A DNA stretch of 64,000 nucleotides, taken from assembly GCF_006345805.1 (NCBI RefSeq), contig NC_043006.1, positions 25,978,001 through 26,042,000 of the forward strand, written 5' to 3'. The DNA comes from Octopus sinensis. Lineage: Eukaryota. The notes under the pieces were generated by a model. That model had not been told where the DNA came from. It saw nothing but the letters and a program-made list of their open reading frames with translations, and ran no database searches. Positions 12,919 through 26,153 of this stretch are shown here, in pieces. Both the position numbers and the translations under genes were made by a program. The first letter of the stretch is position 1, and the number at the start of each line of letters is the position of its first letter.

Positions 12919-13835
12919 GGCGGCGAGCTGGTAGAATCGCTAGCACACCGGATAAAATGCTTGGATGCATTTCGCACGTATTCACGTTCTGAGTTCAAAT
13001 TCCGCTGATGTCGACTTTACCTTTTCATCCTTTCGGGGGTCAATAAAATAAGTACCAGTTGAATACTGGGGTCGATGTTATCGACTCATCCCCGTCCCTA
13101 AAATTGCTGCCCTTGTAGCAAAATTTGAAATCATTATTATTTAAGGTGGCAAGCTGGTACAATCGTTAGCATGCCGGAAAAAAATCCTTAGCGGTATTTC
13201 GCCTGCTTTCATGTTCTGAGTTCAAATTCCGCCGAGGTCGACTTTGCCTTTTTTCAGGGTCGATGAAATAATTATCAGTTAAACAGTGGGGGTCGATGTA
13301 ATCGGCTAGCCCCCTCCTCCAGAATTTCAGGCTTTGTGCCTATTGTAGAAAGGATTATTAGTTGTATCATTAAGGCGGCGAACTGGCAGAATTATTAGAA
13401 CTGGCGAGCTGGCTGAAACGTATGGACGCCGGGCGAAATACGTAGCCGTATTTCCTCTGCCGTTACGTTCTGAGTTCAAATTCCGCCGAGGTCGACTTTG
13501 CCTTTCATCCTTTCGGGGTCGATAAATTAAGTACCAGTTACGCACTGGGGTCGATATGATCGACTTCATCCGTTTGTCTGTCCTTGTTTGTCCCCTCTGT
13601 GTTTAGCCCCTTGTGGGTAGTAAAGAAATAAGAATTATTAGAACTCTGGAAAAAATGTTTAGCGGCATTTCATCCGTCTTTAAGTTCTGAGTACAAATTC
13701 CGCCGAAGTCGACTTTGGCTTTCATCTTTTCCAGGTTGATAAATTAAGTACGAGTCGAATGCTGAGGTTGATATAATCGACTAACCCTCTCCCCACAAAC
13801 TTCAGGTCTCGTGCCTTTAGTAGAAAGAGTTATTT
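12919..13835 (+). mobile_element. Tandem cluster of about five copies or stubs of tRNA-derived SINE family B
   Basis: Repeated head ggcggcgagctggcagaa and core gagttcaaattccgccgaggtcgactttgcctttcatcctttcggggtcgataa starting at about 12919, 13145, 13374 (stub), 13401 and 13631, separated by attatt spacers. Confidence 0.88.
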
Positions 13836-14480
13836 ATTTATTTGTCTATGTATCTATTCATTCATCTGATTTTTAAAATTTTCTTTTGCTGTTGCCACTG
13901 TTCTTTCGCTTGTACACGCCGAAACAGACACACATACACACAAGATCCATTCATTCTTACGCAATTCAATTGCATTTTATGAATGGAGAACATCAAAATC
14001 AAGGCAAAATAGCTTCCCAATCGTTTCTACTACCACACTCGTCTCCCATTCGTTGTTACCACCACACCCATTTCCACTTGCAGAAGCTGTAGCCAGTCTA
14101 ACACAATGTGACTGAAATACTTCGCAATCAGCAAGTCCAAACATGTTTTCCCGCGAAAACAGACTGATTTGGCAATTTTTTACTTCTTTCTCTTTTTTCG
14201 TTTTTTGTTTCTTCCTTTTCTTTTCTTTTCTGTTTTTTTAATCTAATTGCCATCTATCTCTTATTTCTAGTCACAGCAGTAGTAGTCCTTGCGTACTTTT
14301 CTCTGGAAATTTGACAAAGGCAATAAAACGATATTCTAGTTAAGTAACGTTTACGTTGTTACTGCAAAGTGGAGTTAATATATTCGTTGTTGCTGCTGTT
14401 TAGGCTCAGACCAGCTATGGTCAAATGTGTGTGTCCATCATTAACTTTTATATCTCTTTTATCTCTTTCTCTCTTTCTCT

Positions 14481-14687
14481 TTTACTTGTTTCAGTCATTT
14501 GACTGCGGCCGTGCTGGAGCACCGCCTTTAGTCGAGCAAATCGACCCCGGGACTTATTCTTTGTAAGCCCACTACTTATTCTATCGGTCTCTTTTTCCGA
14601 ACCGCTAAGTAACGGGGACGTAAACACACCAGCATCGGTCGTCAAGCAATGCTAGGGGGACAAACACAGACACACAAACACACACAA

Positions 14688-14763
<76 letters not shown>

Positions 14764-14925
14764 GACAGGCTTCTTTCAGTTTCCGTCTACCAAATCCACT
14801 CATAAGGCATTGGTCGGCCCGGAGCTATAGCAGAAGACACTTGCCCAAGATGCCACGCAGTGGGACTGAACCCAGAACCATGTGGTTGGTTAGCAAGCTA
14901 CTTACCACACAGCCACTCCTGCGCC
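14481..14925 (-). mobile_element. Full-length SINE family A with internal (CA)/(TA) microsatellite
   Basis: Reverse complement of 63130-63520; tRNA-like head with A-box (GGCTGTGTGGT) and B-box (GGTTCAGTCC) at the 14925 end. Confidence 0.9.
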
Positions 14926-14952
14926 TATATTCTGATAATATATGAATAACTA

Positions 14953-16910
14953 CAGGTGGACACCGTTAATCGAAAAGTTAACTACGTTAACCAAAAAGTT
15001 AGTTTCGTTAATCGTTATTTCTTTGGAAATGTAACGGAAATTAACGTTAATCCAATAACGTTAACTTTTATTGAAAAAAGGCATAACTACAGTTTAATAA
15101 CTCACCGATTTTGTTGCCTAATGACTTCCAGAAAAATGGATACTTTTTAACGAAACTTTCACTAAAAAAATCGTTTATATCTTGTAGATTGAATATATGC
15201 AAAGTTTATTGGAAAAAATTTTCCGAGTTTCGGAAAATTCACAGGACACGCCATTTCCCCCCTCGTAACTTACTGGAAAATGGGTATTTTTTAACTAAAT
15301 TTTATACAAATACCTTTCAAACGGTGTAGATTACGATTGCAGAGTAGACAAAATTTTTGGTTGGGGTGCTTCTGAAAAACGGAATTTCAGATCAGACGGC
15401 CAACATAAGTTGAAATTTCTCCGTTTTGACGGGGATTTTTTCCAATGTTTTTCACCAAAGTCTTCGGAACGAAAAAAAAGAAAAGAAAAAAGTTTTGAAA
15501 ATTTTTTTCCACTCCTGCCACTCCCTAATCAAACCAACCCGAAACGATTTCGGCCTTTTTCTTTTCCCCCCTTTTCACTACGCACTGAAAACCCGTGAGA
15601 GAAACATTTTCGGTTAAAAAAAAAAAACTGTTAATAATTTCAGAGCTAAATGTTTCTAGCACATCTCAAAACCTCCCTCCTCGTTTCTTTCTCACTCACA
15701 CATATATTAATATTTTTCAATATTTTTCTCCCTATAAACAAATTTTATGGAATGATGATGTCAAAGTAACACACGTGTAGTCCCAACCGAGCAAGGCCGT
15801 GTTATGTTTACGTGTAAGAAAGAAAAAAACACCTAAAAACATCTTTAGTGTTCATATTAATGTCAAACGTAATGCTATTTTGACTTATTCAGGTTCAAGA
15901 GGAGTGTCCACAATATTTGCTTGTAACTTTGTAAATTCTTTAGATACAGATTTGAAATTTTGTCAGTGGGTGCTTTATATACCACTGGTTTACAGCTATG
16001 TAGTTTTAGCTGATCTTGGTGACTAAATTTGACATTTATGGGCAGGTAAATAGATTAACAGGTGTATAAGCAATAACATTATAGACAAACGCTAAAAGTG
16101 AAACTCTTAGTGCATCTTACCTGTTTGATTTGTTACTTAAATTATCCCAGATGGCAACCGACAAAAATTTTGCCACGTTTCAATTTGAAGTACATTAATC
16201 AAAATACAGGTATAATCGGTACAAGATTTTATTTTTTCGGTAAATATTTCGTACCTCGGTGTGGAATATTTTCTTCCACAGATTTTTTTTTTCGGGTACA
16301 TTCAATGTATTTGACCTCGAAACCCGAAAAAGAAAAAAGCTGGGAGGGGTGGTATGGATCTCGAAGTTTCCCCACGAAAGAGAGTTTTGTTTCGTGGGTC
16401 TTTGTTTCTTTTCCAGGTTATTTTGCATGCTTTCAACCAATGTGACATCGAAATCACCCGTAAACGGATCCTTTTTTTCCAGAAAAGGAAAGATTTGGTT
16501 GCTATTTCTAGCATGCCCCGCTACCACGTAACAACTATATGCGTTCACACCGAAATATTTACCAACTTTTTTCTTTCCATTTATGTTTTCCACTTTATGG
16601 AAGTCAATATTTTCTCTATTGACATCTACCTCAGAGTGGTCACTGTTCCCTCTTGACAGGACAAAGACATTTCCGGCTGTTTTTACAAGCAAAAAGTGGC
16701 GTTATATCGGAGTTGAAAGAATGACACATACGATATTAAATATGCTAAGACAATCTGAAAACACTAGAAACTTTTAAACGTTTACCGGTTTTTATGAAAT
16801 TTTTCGGTTAACAGACTTGAGTTTCAAAGTTAACTTAAAAGTTAAATCGTTAACGAAAATGCTAACTTCGATTAACGATTAACGGATTAACGGATTTATG
16901 CCCAGCTCTG
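14953..16910. mobile_element. ~2-kb non-autonomous DNA transposon, copy 1 (CAG termini, GTTAA-rich subterminal repeats)
   Basis: Ends caggtggacacc... and ...atgcccagctctg; dense gttaac/ttaac repeats at both ends; colinear inverted homolog at 47881-49987; flanks tgaataacta / tcaataacta. Confidence 0.72.
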
Positions 16911-17749
16911 TCAATAACTATATTATCAAAATTAGTCTCCATTCTTAAAATAGCAAGATGTTATTGAGAATGGTTAGGTTGCTATGTCTAGCACAATGAG
17001 CAACTATATAGCAGCTCCCACTCTTCGATGGCTTTATGATAATCCTGTTAGAGCTTTCGTTGGTAGTCTTAATGTTGCCTTCTAGAACTACCTAATGATC
17101 TTAGCAGTTGTAACCATTCCAAAACAACATATTATCCAATGCATCCTTTTTTTTAAGACGGTAAAATGTGATCAGAAGGAGATTTAGCAGCCATTTCTAG
17201 CATGTCGAATGACTACATAGAGGTTGCTTCCTTGTTAATTTGTTTCGGAGTATTGCTGTTTTTGTTTTTTTTTGCTACAGCTGCTGTTGTTGTTGTTGCT
17301 ACTGCTACAGCTATTGCTATTGGTGCTTTACTGCTGCTGCAGTTGTTATAAATAAGATTAGTAATGAATGTGTAGACCTAAGATGAAAACTATCTTGTCC
17401 GCTTTCTAGACATATTATCTAGAGTGCTCTTTTTCTAAGACGGCGTGGTGTAATTTAAGGGAATTTAGCTGCTATTTCTAACAGTTAAACGGCTTTATAC
17501 TGTACCCTGATTAAAGGTGATGGTGTTGAAGATGTTAACAGGTTAGAGATGTTAACAGCTCATCGTCGTAACTATCGCCATGTCGATGAACGAGTCGGTC
17601 TCTATATGGTTGCTCATCCTGTTGCGGAACGACACCATTGAACGTAGTCCTCGATGGTTTGTACGAAAATAGTCGCGATGGCCATGGCTGAAACGTTTTG
17701 TTCATAAGTCTGCTTGAGTAGAGCTGACGTTGAACTAAACAACAATAAC

Positions 17750-18184
17750 GGGATCTTTTCGGTTTGAACGGCAGTTTTTTTTAGCGGTGTCATCTGAAAT
17801 TGTCACTCATAATTATGATCCTAGTATCGATTTATTGCATTTCAATAGGGTTTTAGGGTTAGGGTTAGGGGTGGGGTTAGGGGTGGGGGGAAGGGTATCT
17901 TTTTTTCTTCACAAATGTAAATAAACCCAATCTGTTTCTTAAACGAGGGACATATTTATACGGCACAGAATGTTTTTTTAACTCAATTGACGTCATCGAT
18001 TGGTTGAAATTGCAGAAATTGAAGAAAAAAAAAACAGCAAATATCTTACAAACTATAGAATTTTCTCAAAAAAGCCAAGAGAAAAAGATGTTTTATGAAC
18101 ACATTCTACCAGTATACGAAGTTTAAAAGTGTTTAGTTACCTAGAAATTATGTTAAAAACTGCCGTTCAAACCGAAAATATCCC
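17750..18184. mobile_element. MITE with GGGATC termini and 6-bp TSD (AATAAC), copy 1
   Basis: TIR gggatcttttcggtttgaacggcagttttt / aaaaactgccgttcaaaccgaaaatatccc; AATAAC at 17744-17749 and 18185-18190; internal ttagggttagggttagggg. Confidence 0.92.
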
Positions 18185-18269
18185 AATAACTTATTAACTT
18201 ATAGTGATGGCTGTAGGAGAACAAAGAAGTAAAATAATTTTCAAATCAATCTGTTTTTGGCGGGAAAAC

Positions 18270-18530
18270 ATGTCTTGACTTGCTGATTGCCAGTATGTCT
18301 GAACTCGTTGATTGCTGAACATGCTCGGACTTGTTGATGGCCAACATACCTGGATTTGTCGATTACCAACATGTTTGGACTTGCTTGCTTCCCAGCATGT
18401 CTGAACACGTGGATTGCTAACGTGTCTGGACTTGTCGATTGCCAACATGCATGGACTTGTCGATCGCCAACATGTCTGAACTTGTTAATTCAACATGTCT
18501 GAACTTGTTAATTCAACATGTCTGGATATG
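18270..18530. repeat. Degenerate ~25-bp minisatellite (CCAACATGTCTGGACTTGTCGATTG), about 10 units
   Basis: Direct reading; the array flank 18225-18290 recurs inverted at about 14125-14190. Confidence 0.8.
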
Positions 18531-18761
18531 ATAACAGCATTGTGATAGACAGTAGTTATCTGTCAGCTTCTGCAAACGAAAATCAACTTCGTCGCAAGAG
18601 AATGGGACTGTCACTAATGGTTGCCTAGTTAATTACCTTGATTTTAATTTTTACCATTTAAAAAATGTGATTCACGTATTTCGATGGATGGATATATGTA
18701 TGTGTTTCAATGTGTACAGGCGATATTTCTACATACTTATGTATATGTATATAAATGTGTA

Positions 18762-18824
<63 letters not shown>

Positions 18825-19141
18825 GCGTTTGTGTGCGCGTGTGTGTGAGCGCGTGAGTGTATTATTATATATTTTAATTGTATATTTTATTATATATCTA
18901 AATTAAATGTCTTGTCAAGTCTTGGCAAACGGCTTGCCTTTTCATTTCTGTTTTAAGCTATACCTACCTGCTCAAGAAACCACTCCTAGCCGCTTCAGAA
19001 AGGCAGTCTCAACATCACGATGTTCAACTGCAGTTCAAACTGTAATTTTAGTAGCATACCAAATCAAGCACTCAGAGTTTATACCTATTAGTTTGAGTCA
19101 CCTGATGAAAACACCCCGTATATTCAAAAACATATACATTC

Positions 19142-19196
<55 letters not shown>

Positions 19197-19199
19197 TCC

Positions 19200-20670
19200 A
19201 ATAGCCGTCCCATGCCATGGTGGAAGAGCTTGTATGGTCCAATGATTCCGAGACCGATGCCATCTGGAGACTTATAATTCTGGTAGGGCCACCCATGGCG
19301 GCAAGGTCGAGGACGAGGTGCCAAACTAGACACGACCAAACATCAACAACAAGACTCCAACGACGAAGCAAGCAGAGGAGAGCAATCTCAAGTTTCCATG
19401 TATTGACTCTGGTGGAAAAGGGCAACGTCTGGCAGGCAGGCGTGACAAAGGCGGATACACTCCGGCAGCTCGCTGCAACCAGCCTCAATTCTTGAGCCGC
19501 AGTGGAGAAGTTCCTGGCCAAGTGGGTGCACGTGGCCGTCGCACAGCCATGATCACCTCAAACAATTTACTCAGCGACTGGTTTCGTCTTTCTATTCTTT
19601 GAGTCTCAAAAAAAAAAAAGCCTCTAGTCCGTAACTACACATTGGCAGCAAATCTTAGATGGTCGCTCTCTACTGAATAGTCGTGACATTGGAGTTCGGC
19701 AGCTAGACTTGTGACTGGGCTGGCCTCTTTAGAATAACTGCAGCCCACCCCTTAAGGGAGAGCTCCTAGAAAAGGTGGGATAAACATCGGACACGGCAAC
19801 ACGATCTGGCCAGCATACTGCGGCTAGCGGTCTTCCCACTCAGCGGTTGGGTCTCTACTTCTACTCATCCATCATCGACTACTAAATCCTTTGTCTCACA
19901 ACCTCTCAATTTCGGAGATTAGAGTGACATTAGTCGTCCGGAGCGACGTACAGCCCTCGTCTGCAAGGAACTTGCCCGCTTCAACATCGACGTGGCAGCC
20001 TTGAGCGAGACTAGGCTTCCCGGAGAAGGCAGCATCAGAGAAGCTGGGTCCAAATACACCATTTTTTTTAGAAGGGGAAGAATCCTAACGAACCACGCAT
20101 CCATCAAAACGAAACTCGTGGACCAACACAGACTCGTCCCAACTGCTGCCAGCGAGCGCCTAATGACTGTTCGGATCCCGCTCATTCGAGACAAATGCCT
20201 TATGCTGATTTCTGTGTACACTCCCATCCCCACATCTGAAGCCGACGTCAAGGCTTCGTTCTACAGTCTGCTGGACCGTACCATCCAGACAGTCACCGTG
20301 CATGACAAACTCGTCGTGTTGGGAGCCTTTAACAGCAGAGTCGGCAGTGACCATAGTCTGTGGAACAGAATTCTTGGTCATCACAGCATTGGGAAATGCA
20401 ATGCCAATGGCTCCTGGGCCCTTGCGCCAAGCACGAACTCTTCATCACCAACTCCCTATTTCGTCTCCCTACCCGGCAAAAGGCGACCTGGAAAACTCAG
20501 TCTAAACACTGGCACATCCTCGACTACGTTCTGACAAGATCCGAGGACAGACGAGATGTACGCATCACCCGCTCCATATCTAGTGCAGATGGCTGCTGGA
20601 CGGATCACCGCCTTCTTATTTCTCGCCTTGACATCATGATTCGCCGTCCACCAAAGCGAGTCTCAGCAAG
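19200..20670 (+). mobile_element. RTE-clade (BovB-like) LINE, 5' UTR and APE endonuclease, 3'-truncated
   Basis: RPERRTALVCKELARFNIDVAALSETRLPGEG, LISVYTPIPTS, LVVLGAFNSRVG, HWHILDYVLTR, CWTDHRLLIS; ends in a (TG)n tract. Confidence 0.88.
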
Positions 20671-20707
20671 CATCCTATATATGTATGTATGTATATATAT
20701 ATATACA

Positions 20708-20772
<65 letters not shown>

Positions 20773-21780
20773 GTACATACACATAATGGCTGCCGATTCA
20801 TTAGAAGAGTATGATTATCATTCAAAAATTGTCTTATTTGTTTTGTTTTGGCTTTTTTTCAGTGATCGGGGTACCTGCAATGACTTTCAAAGCCAGCGAG
20901 TAACTTGCATTTTCTATTGCAGTTATGACATTCATTTTCATGCTGCACTCGGGTACAGCACTTTCAGTATGTACTTTCATGTACCTTGTGAATCCAGATC
21001 GACAGGAAAATTCTCACCGCATAGATTACAAAACGGATTAACTGTTAGATATTGATTGAATTTAACTTGAAGCCTTCAGCATGTTTCCGTATGTGTCATG
21101 TGAGCGGCAAATTCATTCGCTTTCGTCACATGCAAAACGTGGAACTGTTGGACCTACAAATCCCACATATATTCCCATACACCTCCCACATTTAATTGTC
21201 CTTCCCCTCCACCTCACACCTGTACACTGCCTAACTCCGTACCATCACCACACGGGCCATTATACAAACACCTATTGTTATATCCTTATGGATAAACGAA
21301 TACAGTGCAACAGTGTAATAACAATACAATCGAAACAAACGGCAGTAACCATACAGAACGTAACCACAATCTTTTAAGAACCAACAATCCAACACGCTAA
21401 CTCAACCTGGGAACTCCAACCTTGAACTATCAACACACGAAGTATGGAATTAGCACGAACTACCTTACTTACTTAGACCATAACTATTTTTATGTAATGG
21501 TCCAGCCCATTTTCGCCAAGAGGCATCGTACTCTTGCACATCGTCTCTCTTTTTGAGATTGCGTTCCAATGGAATACTGCTGGACAAAATTTTAAGATCA
21601 GTAAAAAAAACTGCCGCAATGAACTTGCAGACCGATATATTTGACTATTTTTCATTATAGCTTCATTATTGCCAAATAGGAAAAGATATGCGGAAACCTA
21701 AAGATATGTTTAACATCTAATGCACAAAATATGCATTGTATGAAAACTAACGATATTTTGCCTGGTCAAAAATTTAAGAC

Positions 21781-22108
21781 TGTTATGGCAAAAATCATGA
21801 CACCCCTCTGTGAGAATGGAATAACCGAACTCGTCATATAAGTAGCAGCTTGTTTGACTGAGAGGGAAAGATGAGAAATCGCAACAAGTCGAAAGGTGTC
21901 ATTCGTGTGTTCGTGAAGTCGCAGGAAATTGTTAAGAAGTTGTTATAGCTCGTTGAGGGTTGTTTTGGATTGGTTACAGTTATTGGTAGAGCATTTGGGA
22001 ATACACCAAGGGGAGACAGTTGGTGGCTACCCCATTCCGTGGTACTATATATCACACTGTATTAATGCATGACACTAAGGGAACATATACAGAAACCACG
22101 TTATAAAA
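21781..22108 (+). repeat. 5' LTR
   Basis: tgttatggc...gaaaccacgttataaaa; clearly diverged from, but colinear with, 24790-25080. Confidence 0.9.
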
Positions 22109-24789
22109 ATGACGATGAGTGATTCGAAGTTTAACGTTGATCATTAACAATTTTTGAGGATACAAAAAATCCTTTAATTATGGAAGATCTATTAGCTGAC
22201 ATATTACAGTTGCAAAAGCAACAGCAACGGCAGCAATAGGAGTTGCAGCAACAACTACAACACAAACAGTTGATGGAGTCATTGTTAAAGAAGTCGGGAA
22301 ACACCGCAAGCTTGTTTTCGTCAGACGGCGTAGCAAATGCTATTCCTGAATTTAGTTGTAACCCAGAAGAGGATATAACTTTTTCGGCGTACTTCAAGGA
22401 AGAATGCAAGTGTTGGACAGACGAGGAAAAAGTGAAACTACTGTTGTGGAAACTAGGTCCTTCAGAACATGAAAAATACTGCAGTTTTATCCTGTCTAAA
22501 AAAAGAAGTGAAATTTGTTTCGAGAAAACAATTGAATTGCTATCCAAAATGTTCAGCGATAAAAGTTCCCTGTTTAACACTCACTGGGTGTGTTTGAACT
22601 TAGTAAAAGAAGAGGATGACGATTTTGTCAGTTATGCGGAAATCGTAAATAGAATGTGCGAAAATTTTAAACTGGAGGAATTATTCTTTGACATGTTTAA
22701 AAGTCTCATCTTTGTGCAAGGTCTGACGGCAAATAAAGATACAAAAATGCGTGTACAGATTCTTACAAAACTAGAATAAGAGGACCAGAATTTAACCCTG
22801 CAGGCAGTAGCGGAGGAAGTCAAAGAATTATCAATTTGCGACAGGACGTGAAGAAAATTGAAAAAAAATTCTCTCGGGTAGACATGTCGACCGAGAATAA
22901 ATAAAGAAAAAAGAATGTTACGACCAAATCCATGCGGCGGGTATAGAGGTCTGCATTTTAAGAAACACTGACCATTTAAAACTCGGAAATGCTTTAGTTG
23001 TCAAAAAATAGGACATAAAACTCGCGCTGCATAGCGAAACAAAAAAGGTCGGGAAAAAATTCTTTTAAAAAGGTTTATTCAAAGGAAAGTCGTGGTGATA
23101 CCAAAAAAAGAAAGTATGAGTATGTAAAACTAAACGACGCGAACGTGAAACTACAATATAGACACAAGTAGCGACATCATAATTATTGATACCGACACTC
23201 AGAAGAAAATTGGGAAACTTACATTAAAGAAAACATCGAAAAGTGCGTGAGGCGTCACAGGTAAAATATTACACTTCTTAAGCGAAATGGCAAGCGACAT
23301 TACATTTCGTGATAATACCTATAAAGCAAAAGTGTTTGTTTTAAAAAATGCTACAAACTTGTTCGGTACTGGCTAGATGGAGCTGTTTGATTTATGAGAG
23401 CTCCCCATAAATCTGTTCTGTAAAAACATAAATGATCGTTCCTCCAGTAAGAATAAGGCGGAAAATGAAAGCTGCCAGTAACTGTTCAAGATATAAAATT
23501 AAAATCGGAGAATGACAAATTCATTGCAAAGATGAAAGAAACGTTGAAGATAAAAGAAAATAAAAATATACGTAACACAAATGCGAACCATTTTTCTCTG
23601 TGTTATAATGTTCTGATGTACACACAAAGAGTTATAGAGCCAGCCACGCTACAAAAGCGTGTATTAAGTGAATTTCAAAAGGGACACCCAGAGATTTCAA
23701 GAATGATATCAGTAAAGAGGAGTTACGTGTATTGGTCTGCTATGGACCGTGATATTGAACAATTGGTGAAATCTTACAGGGGTTGTGCTCTCGCAGCAAA
23801 GTCACCAACGGTGAAATTCCAATCGTGGTCTAAAACAGACAGTCTGTGGTCCAGGCTACATATAGATTTTGCTGGACCGGTAAACAGTGCGTATTATCTG
23901 ATCATAGTAGACAGTTATACCAAGTATCCGGAGATATGTAAATGCAGTCAACTAGCCTTGAAGGTAACAATAAGGTTCTTTCACAAACTTTTTGTGCGAT
24001 AAGGTGTCCCGGACACCATAGTATCGGATAACAGAACGCAGTTTTCGGGGTACGAATATAAAAAAATCTGTGAGAGGTATGCAATCAATCGCATCTCTAC
24101 TCCGCCGTACCACCCGAGATCAAATAGGCAAACAAAAAGATTCGTAGACACATCTAAGCGAGCACTAAAAAAAAATCAGGAAATGAATGAGGCAATGATG
24201 CAGCACTAACTCAATTCTTAAAGGTTTACAGAGTAACACCTAACCCGAACACCTATTCAGGCAAGTCGCCCGCAGAGATAATGTTTGCCCGGAAGATAAA
24301 ATCAATTTTTGATAAATTGTTACCTACAAAGAAAAAACTTATAGGAAAAAGCCAAGAAACACAGCAAAGTATTTTAATGTGAGAGATAAAGTTCTTTTCA
24401 AAATATATAAAAATGGAAGACGGTTGGGAGAACGGTATAGTGACGAAAGGAATAGGCAGTATGACGTGCATAATAAAAGATCAAATAGGGGAGCACAAAC
24501 GACATTTGAACCAGTTGAAGACAAGACATATCGAAGAAAGAGAAGAAATACCGATGGAAGTTTGTTATGACTTGTTCGATGTTCCAACGCCAAAAGAGGT
24601 TGAACCTAGGCGGATCAACAAAAGAAAACGTAAACAAACAGAATGACAACAAATAGTCCATAAGCGAAAGAAGTGTTAATAAATCTGAGGAAATTAAAAT
24701 CTCAAAAAAGGGAGAGTAATGATGAAAAAAAAAGAAAATTAAGTAAACAAGTTGCACTTCCTACAGAAGTCAAATCTCAAAAGGGGAAA

Positions 24790-25080
24790 TGTTATGGCGA
24801 GAATCATGACACCCCCTGTGAGAATGGACTAGCCGAACTCGTATAGGTAGCAGCGTATTTAACTGAGAGCGAGAGATGAGAAATAGTAGAAAGTCAAAAT
24901 GTGCCGTTTGTGAGTTCGTGGAGTCGCAGGAAATTGAGGGTTGCTTTGGACTGGTTACAGTTATTGGTAGAGTATTTGGGATTACATCAAGAGCTGGTGG
25001 ATGCCCCGTTCCGTGGTACTATATATCACATTGTATTAGTACACGACACTAAGGTGACATACAGAAACCACGTTATAAAA
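24790..25080 (+). repeat. 3' LTR
   Basis: tgttatggc...gaaaccacgttataaaa, preceded by a polypurine tract. Confidence 0.9.
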
Positions 25081-25134
25081 AAGACCATGGCAAATAACAA
25101 ACGAAAACAATGAATAAATAGTAAACGAAGGGGC

Positions 25135-26153
25135 TCAATAGTTAGTAGCTCCACCATTCCTGCGAATAACTTCAAAATTTCGTTGCGGCACACTCGACAC
25201 TCGACACAAGCATTTGCAGGAGGTTGTCTAGAATGTTACACCACAAGGTGAAGCCTTCCAGACGAAGGGCATCCACAATCACAAATTGTGTTCCATTTTT
25301 GTAAACGTCACTGACTATCGATCCTCAAAGATTTTCGATGGGATTTAGGTCAGGAGAACATGGAGGGAGATTCAAAAAGATGAACATTATTTGTTCTGAA
25401 GAAATCCTTTGATCTGCGAGCATTATGGATTGTAACATTATCCTTTTCATAAATCCAGTCTTCTCCACACAAACGAAGGCCTTCAGTCAAAAGTGATGGC
25501 TGCTCCAACGAGCCAACATAGCTAGCTGCTGTTTGACGCTTCTGCACAAACTGAAGTTCCATAGTTTCTGTGTATGAGAATGCACTCCACACCATGATAG
25601 AGCCTCCACCACTGTTCCTCTCTGAAAAAGTCTCCAGTGGAATATCTGTTGCATGCCATTATCGTTGGAAACCATCAGGACCAGCACGGTTGAATTTCTC
25701 CTCATCTGGGAATAAAACTTTCTTCCAGCTGTGAGCGTCCCAGGTCTGGTGATTCTGAGCAAATTCTAAACGAGTAGTTTAGTGGCATGGAAGAAGACGG
25801 GGTCTCTGAAGACGTTTAATATTTTTAAAGCCCCCATCTCTCTCTCTCTCTCAAATGTCATCTTATCGTCCTTGAACTGCATTCCGCATCCGTAAGTGCC
25901 TTAATCTGGTTTGATGGTCAACTTGTGTCTTTCCTAACTTCCCGTCGAATCTTTCTACTCAACGCTGGTGAAATATTTTTTGTGCAGCCGGTTGATTTTT
26001 TTATCCATAAGCCTCAGGGTTTTTTAAGAAGTTCGCGATGGCGGTTTTACTGTGACTAATTTCACTGAAAATGGCACGTTGAGAAAGACCTTGCTTCTGG
26101 AGCTCTAAAATTCTACCACGTTCAAAATCCGTCAACATTTTAGCTTTGCCCAT
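25135..26153 (-). pseudogene. Tc3-like DD34E transposase pseudogene
   Basis: MGKAKMLTDFERGRILELQKQG (HTH), WKKVLFPDEEKFNRAGPDG, MVWSAFS, YEKDNVTIH, PDLNPIEN, ...GGATNY*; stops and frameshifts. Confidence 0.88.

Larger units (their letters stand above)
21781..25080 (+). mobile_element. Gypsy LTR retrotransposon, internally deleted (gag, protease and integrase; RT and RNase H absent)
   Basis: Two LTRs; TSD AAGAC at 21776-21780 and 25081-25085; PBS-like tgacgatgag near 22110; PPT aaaaggggaaa before 24790; gag ORF 22243-22779; CCHC near 22930-23020; integrase H-C motif and SRLHIDFAGP, YLIIVDSYTKYPE. Confidence 0.92.

Noticed and set aside
17851-17890. TTAGGG repeats as an interstitial telomere or fusion site (also near 29915)
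   Set aside because: Only 2-3 units, located at the same position inside two copies of one MITE.
18270-18530. CRISPR-like array
   Set aside because: Units are contiguous with no unique spacers, the context is eukaryotic, and there are no cas genes.
21270-21310. Hairpin tatccttatggata followed by aaac, resembling a hammerhead stem II
   Set aside because: The CUGANGA and GAAA cores are both broken.
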